From a virus (lineage: Duplodnaviria > Caudoviricetes), in the IMG/VR virus record IMGVR_UViG_3300038974_000542, positions 1 to 64,000 of that record: a DNA stretch of 64,000 nucleotides, one strand, 5' to 3'. Position numbers and translations under genes: made by a program. Below, piece by piece: positions 59,480 through 64,000 of this stretch (the stretch's first letter is position 1; every line of letters starts with the position of its first letter). The notes under the pieces were generated by a model. That model had not been told where the DNA came from and did no database searches. It saw only the letters and a program-made list of their open reading frames with translations.

Positions 59480-60536
59480 GAATCTTATCCCAATCTAGTA
59501 CTAAAACTCCATTACTATCATAGATTAGCTTTTCTTTTTGCCAACCTTGCTTTTGATAATAACTATAAAGCTCAAGTAATTGTCGGTATCCTAAGATTTC
59601 TTGTCTTACTACTCTACCATCTATTACAATTTCAGGTAATCCATTTCTACCAATCTCTAAAAATTCATCTGAAGACTCTAATAACAATGGTGTCCCTGTC
59701 TCTGTATAAGATTCTACTACAAATTTGAAATTTCTAATAGTATTCTCATTAACTTCAAAAGGTAGACTATTAGAGAGTAAAAGTCCATCAGTATAGTAAG
59801 AACCTTGGATGTCATATCTTCTTAATCTGGCATTATTATGAAAGTTAAGAACTTTATCCATAATAATTTTCAAATCAATAGGAATAACATCTTTCACAAT
59901 TCCATCTTCTTTCCTTACTATAACTATATCTAATAAACCTTTACAATCTATACCTTGATAACTCCAATATATAGGAAGCTGATAATAAATATCCCAATTT
60001 AGATTATTTGCATATTTCTCTCTTGCAAAGAAACTTTCTGTAGTCATATTTGTTCTAAGAGAGTCTACAATAGAAGTAATAATAGACAATTGTTCTTCTG
60101 AGATGACAACTTTATCAAGACTCTTCTGTAAAAACTCATAATAAGCAGCATTCTCTAAGACTTTATTAACTCTTGTAGCTATTTTCCAATTTGGTTGATA
60201 ACTAAAAGCTTCAATAACTTCTTCAAGTATTTGTTGATTATCTTCCAGTGGAAGCTGCTTATCCTGACTTCTGTCTAACACCTCTTGTAGTATAGAACAT
60301 AATAAATCTGATGGTTTTGGACAACTTGAGATATAAAACAATTCCTCAAAATCTCCCTCCTCACCAGTAAGTATTGTATCTACTGCACTCCCAATAATCA
60401 TTGGTTCTGTTATTTTTTCTTCCCTTTCACTAAGAAACTCTTTCATACCAGATAAAAGTTTCTTTAAGCTACTCTGATCGATAGCTGGGCTATCTCTATA
60501 CTCCTGTATCTTCTGTCTGTTTGTTATGTATAGCAT
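59469..60536 (-). CDS. PD-(D/E)XK exonuclease (ExoVIII/RecE-like)
   Basis: QSSLKKLL, IGSAVD, CKGLLDIV, IDLK, YDIQGSYY. Confidence 0.8.
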   Translation of the reverse strand: MLYITNRQKIQEYRDSPAIDQSSLKKLLSGMKEFLSEREEKITEPMIIGSAVDTILTGEEGDFEELFYISSCPKPSDLLCSILQEVLDRSQDKQLPLEDNQQILEEVIEAFSYQPNWKIATRVNKVLENAAYYEFLQKSLDKVVISEEQLSIITSIVDSLRTNMTTESFFAREKYANNLNWDIYYQLPIYWSYQGIDCKGLLDIVIVRKEDGIVKDVIPIDLKIIMDKVLNFHNNARLRRYDIQGSYYTDGLLLSNSLPFEVNENTIRNFKFVVESYTETGTPLLLESSDEFLEIGRNGLPEIVIDGRVVRQEILGYRQLLELYSYYQKQGWQKEKLIYDSNGVLVLDWDKIHGY

Positions 60537-61050
60537 CTTTTAATAAGATTAGGTTTTTAAAATTTTCAAAAGTTATACTCACTATTGTACTATATTCACT
60601 ATTATACATTCCTTTCCTTTGTTTATAAGTTTCATATCTTAGATCTGGACTAACTTCTTTAAATCTAAGATGTTGCCTATGAGTCATATATACAATGTCC
60701 TCATTTGTATTATTGCTAAAAGGATTTAATCTATGAATAAGTATAATGGGATATTTTCTAACTTCTGAATCTTCTGGGAATAAAGCTTTAATCTGATTTT
60801 CAATATCAAATAAAACTTTACCAGGAGACATGTTTTTTTGAGTCCCAGCTTTTATCTGAATATTATAAGGAATATTCATTAAATCTATTCCTGCATTATC
60901 ATAAATTCTACCACCTTGTCTTGAAGTTATACAATAATTATAACCTAAACTTCTAAAGAGTTTTGCATAAAACCTCTCAGCATGTGAACCTTTGTGTTTA
61001 TTTTTTGCTCCTACACTTCTTACTTTTTTACTTTGTTGTTCATTACTCAT
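60496..61050 (-). CDS. PD-(D/E)XK Holliday junction resolvase-like nuclease
   Basis: KHKGSHAERFYAKLFRSLGY...GIDL...IQIKAG. Confidence 0.75.
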   Translation of the reverse strand: MSNEQQSKKVRSVGAKNKHKGSHAERFYAKLFRSLGYNYCITSRQGGRIYDNAGIDLMNIPYNIQIKAGTQKNMSPGKVLFDIENQIKALFPEDSEVRKYPIILIHRLNPFSNNTNEDIVYMTHRQHLRFKEVSPDLRYETYKQRKGMYNSEYSTIVSITFENFKNLILLKDAIHNKQTEDTGV

Positions 61051-61053
61051 ACT

Positions 61054-61716
61054 CTATAAAATAGTATTCTTAAAAAAGTCAATAAAAGATTTCTTATCTT
61101 CTACTGTTTCCAAATTTAATGAACTTTCAAACTCATTTCCATACACCACTTTTTCAATACTTTCTGAACTCATAATGGATAACTCACAACCACTATCCAA
61201 ATAATCATCGAGAAAGGTTTCTTTGACCTTTTTATATACCTTCTTATAAGATTTTAATTCTGTAGAGATATATATTTTTTTATCTCTAATTGAGAGAGTA
61301 TCAAAACTAACTCTCCCCAACTCTACTACTGTCTTCAGAAAAGCTTCAGAACTTATTGCTGTTAGAAATAGTATTTTACCCCTTTCATCTAAAATAGTTC
61401 CAAAAGCTGCATATATTGTTTTTTCAACTTTATCTTCCTTGAAACTTATTTTTCCAAAATAACGAAAACCTGTAAGAAAATTTACAAGTTGAGTAAAATA
61501 CACATGATAACTAATATATAGACTATTATCTCTACTAAATAGACTTATCTTTGGATAGGCATACTTATAATCCTCTAAATAAATTGTATTATGAAGTAAA
61601 GCTAAAGGTATATATTTATTATAAGAAACAGTTGATAAACTATAGTTATCTACGGAAGTGAGACTACTACCAGGATCTCTGAAGAGTTTTTCTATAGGTT
61701 TCTCATATCTACTCAT
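61054..61716 (-). CDS. Hypothetical protein coupled to the ThiF/E1-like gene
   Basis: 220 aa; ATGA overlap with the stop of ThiF exon 2. Confidence 0.7.
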   Translation of the reverse strand: MSRYEKPIEKLFRDPGSSLTSVDNYSLSTVSYNKYIPLALLHNTIYLEDYKYAYPKISLFSRDNSLYISYHVYFTQLVNFLTGFRYFGKISFKEDKVEKTIYAAFGTILDERGKILFLTAISSEAFLKTVVELGRVSFDTLSIRDKKIYISTELKSYKKVYKKVKETFLDDYLDSGCELSIMSSESIEKVVYGNEFESSLNLETVEDKKSFIDFFKNTIL

Positions 61717-61976
61717 CTTGAAATCAAATTAAGTGGTGTAAAGACTTCGAATTTAAAAGGTACATCTCTTACATATTCCTTATATCGAATATTAGTAACA
61801 TGATTAGTAAACATGACAGTCATAAATGAGGCTATCATAGCTGCTACATGAGATGTTTGTTTCATTGTACAGGCAACATCTTCTACCTCAGAATCATCAA
61901 ATAAATATTTCTCTTCATATTCTTTAATTCTTTCTTTAGTAACACAAAATATTTGAAGCTGTTCGGATTCCAATCT
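61713..61976 (-). CDS. ThiF/E1-like enzyme, exon 2 (87 aa: RLESEQLQIF...ACTMKQTSH...)
   Basis: Continues IDG|RLESEQ in frame after intron removal; carries the candidate active-site Cys. Confidence 0.85.
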   Translation of the reverse strand, partial: RLESEQLQIFCVTKERIKEYEEKYLFDDSEVEDVACTMKQTSHVAAMIASFMTVMFTNHVTNIRYKEYVRDVPFKFEVFTPLNLISR

Positions 61977-62166
61977 CACATTACCCACTACTTTCATAAT
62001 GGTGTGGACTATATCTTTATCCAATTACTTGGATAGAGGACACTTTTTCACTTATATACTACTATAAGTTACTTCCTGTTATTAAGCAAACTTTATTGCT
62101 CAGGTAGTCTCTGAACCTTCATAAGGTGTACCTTATGCTTGGCTGCTGATTAGCATAGATTTCTCC

Positions 62167-62982
62167 TTAGCTTTCCAGCAATTCATCCTCTTCAGACAAA
62201 GTATTACTACTTTGAGGGGCAGTTTTAAGTGTAAAATTATTTTTACAGTCTTTGCATAATACTCTAGGTAATTTAATACCTTTGTAAATATAATTACCAT
62301 TGAATACTGTATTACTTGAATTACAAAACTTACAATTTGGGGTTACTCTTTGAATAAATAAATTAGAGTCTAATATCTTCTCAAATAAAATTCTCTTTCT
62401 TAATAAATATATTTCACAATCTTGATAAAGAAGATTATAAAATCTTTTATAACTAAGACTGAATATAGTTAATTTATAAACAGATTTTGCATCTGTAATA
62501 CTACAATCTATATTATTATCATTAAGAAAATCTCTTATCTCTTTAATAAAGATCAAAGAATTAGAGTAAATATAAACTCTCTTTTGCTCTTTTCTTGAAT
62601 TATTGATATAAGTACAACCCCCATCACCATCAAAAAAACCTCTAATAAAATGTCTTGTTAATTCATTTTTAAAAGGTATATGAAGGTTAGTTTTATTTTC
62701 AAAAGATTTATCTGGAAGACAACCATTAGATATAAAATGTTCTTTTAAAACTTTTAATCCAGAATATAAATAATGCATATTTTGTCTATTCCCAATATAT
62801 TCTACTATATAATATCTAAAGAAAGGAAATTTTTCTTTTAATAATAGAATTAAATCTTCATCTGTTAAACCTAATCTTATATGATGTTGATTCTTACTTA
62901 TATTCCCATCTGCATAAAATAATCCTAACAAATAAGCTTTGTTCTGATTATCGATACTTTGTAATTCATTATTATAATCCAT
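62167..62982 (-). CDS. Intron-encoded LAGLIDADG homing endonuclease with C-terminal Zn ribbon
   Basis: AYLLGLFYADG and HFIRGFFDGDG; CKFC...CKDC. Confidence 0.9.
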   Translation of the reverse strand: MDYNNELQSIDNQNKAYLLGLFYADGNISKNQHHIRLGLTDEDLILLLKEKFPFFRYYIVEYIGNRQNMHYLYSGLKVLKEHFISNGCLPDKSFENKTNLHIPFKNELTRHFIRGFFDGDGGCTYINNSRKEQKRVYIYSNSLIFIKEIRDFLNDNNIDCSITDAKSVYKLTIFSLSYKRFYNLLYQDCEIYLLRKRILFEKILDSNLFIQRVTPNCKFCNSSNTVFNGNYIYKGIKLPRVLCKDCKNNFTLKTAPQSSNTLSEEDELLES

Positions 62983-62999
62983 ATCCTTGTATTTTTGTA

Positions 63000-63007
63000 C
63001 AAAGATA
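63000..63007 (-). promoter_or_regulatory. TAnnTTTG -7 element inside the intron, upstream of the endonuclease
   Basis: TATCTTTG on the minus strand, 17 nt upstream of the ATG at 62982. Confidence 0.6.
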
Positions 63008-63029
63008 GTAAAAATTATTTTACTAACCT

Positions 63030-63650
63030 ACCATCAATAAATATAGGAACATTCTTTATAGTACTATTTTCATTACTTAACTCACAATCCTGAACATTTC
63101 TCTTCCAGACATTAAAGAAATTTTTTCTTGCTTCCATATTGTCAAAAGCTGAGAAGAAGTATGGTCCTAATATTTTTGTATTGGAATCAATTCTTTTAGT
63201 AATAGTATAAATAGTAGAGCTTGGAGAAAACTCTTTTACATTATGATAAACAGCAGTTGTTTTATACTCCCCTATATTAGAATTTTTAAAAAATTGACCA
63301 GACAAGTTTACCTTTTCAACCATATCAAAATCATAAATGCTAATAGTAAAACCAGCTCTTGCAAGAAATAAAGCTAAGTAACTACCAATTCCACCAGCAC
63401 CACCTATAATTAATGAATTATCAATAAAATCAAACCAGGGGAGACCTTTAAATCTAGTAAACTGTTCATCATTATTACTTGGTTCAAAGTCATCCTCTAT
63501 AATACTATTTTCTTCATCTTCTACTAAGGGTTCTTGAACTGTCTCATTGTTTTCTTCTTCAGTTTCTGGTTCTTCTACAGAAGAACTCCTTAGACTTTCA
63601 CCAAAGATTTCTTCAAACTCTCTTTCCAAATTATCAATTTCTCCACTCAT
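63030..63650 (-). CDS. ThiF/E1-like adenylyltransferase, exon 1 (207 aa)
   Basis: GGAGGIGS nucleotide-binding loop, YDFDMVEKVNLSGQ, AFDNMEARK, FIDG; acidic N-terminal extension. Confidence 0.88.
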
Positions 63651-64000
63651 TTTCTATTCCTATTAAAAAGTTAATAATATCCCCTAAGAATCCAAATTGT
63701 TTTCTATATTCTTGAAGCTTTTTCCTCATAATCTTTACTATAACAAAATCATCCATTGCAATACTTCTGAAATAAGTATCAAATTCATTTTGAAAATTAA
63801 CAATAAAATCCTCAAGGATCTCTGGAGGAGTGAACTCTCCACTTACAATAGATTCATCAATAGAACTAAGCACATCTTCTAGAGATAACTCAAAGAAATC
63901 ATCATAGTCAAAACAAACTTTAATGAAGTCCTCACAGTTACTCTCAACAAATATTGAGAAATCTTCCTCAGATGTTTTACTTTTTGGCTTTTTTTTATTC
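63634..64000 (-). CDS. C-terminal part of a protein running off the window edge
   Basis: The frame of the 63634-63873 ORF stays open from 63999 (NKKKPKSKTSEEDFSIFVESNCEDF...), so the listed start is internal. Confidence 0.75.
   Translation of the reverse strand, partial: NKKKPKSKTSEEDFSIFVESNCEDFIKVCFDYDDFFELSLEDVLSSIDESIVSGEFTPPEILEDFIVNFQNEFDTYFRSIAMDDFVIVKIMRKKLQEYRKQFGFLGDIINFLIGIENEWRN

Larger units (their letters stand above)
61977..63029 (-). mobile_element. Group I self-splicing intron carrying a homing endonuclease
   Basis: On the minus strand: P GAATTGCTGGAA (62173-62184), Q AATCAGCAG (62143-62151), R GTTCAGAGACTA (62105-62116), S AAGATATAGTCC (62006-62017), GAAA-loop P9 (61985-62002); 5' exon ends in U and the intron ends in G. 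Confidence 0.93.
1..64000. other. Segment of a crAss-like (Crassvirales) bacteriophage genome, Bacteroidota host
   Basis: Gene order TerL-portal-acidic protein-MCP-ring/auxiliary capsid-tail-muzzle-cargo-giant virion RNAP; two HU/IHF-like genes; Bacteroidota TAnnTTTG promoters; no host housekeeping genes. Confidence 0.95.

Noticed and set aside
61977-62024. ORF 61713-62024 as an independent gene starting MDKDIVHT
   Set aside because: Its first 16 codons are intron sequence (S element and P9); the real coding part starts at 61976 as exon 2.
63634-63873. Separate 79-aa gene, or a frameshift near 63880
   Set aside because: Careful reading shows the frame is open to the window edge; it is the C-terminus of a longer gene.
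1-64000. Stop-codon reassignment (TAG to Gln or TGA to Trp), known in some crAss-like phages
   Set aside because: Long genes are intact in code 11, and TAG ends real genes (MCP 11179-11181, cargo 1 32453-32455).
1-64000. CRISPR array, tRNA genes, diversity-generating retroelement
   Set aside because: I saw no regularly spaced repeats, cloverleaf with T-loop consensus, reverse transcriptase or TR/VR pair; a short tRNA could be missed by eye.

Overview
The whole window is part of a crAss-like (Crassvirales) phage of a Bacteroidota host, read in standard code 11, AT-rich and strongly CpG-depleted. From 959 to 54889 the + strand carries the late/virion module: wHTH and HU-like regulators, GH19 endolysin, TerL, portal, major capsid protein, ring/tail proteins, two receptor-binding spikes, holin, muzzle, cargo proteins, and a 5016-aa virion RNA polymerase with a DYDID active site. 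A bidirectional terminator at about 54.9 kb separates this from a minus-strand block (spanin-like protein, DUF932, DUF1937, dNMP kinase, nucleases, ThiF/E1-like enzyme). Two things stand out. (1) The C-terminal ~1,100 aa of the virion RNAP is a string of swappable domains (degenerate zincin, DUF4326-like, NADAR, SLOG/YpsA-like, papain-like Cys-His-Asp), which could be a co-injected anti-defence payload centred on ADP-ribose. (2) A complete group I intron (61977-63029) with a LAGLIDADG/Zn-ribbon endonuclease splits the E1/ThiF-like gene, and its splice sites and guide sequence can be read from the sequence. All family assignments come from motif recognition by eye; no database searches were run.
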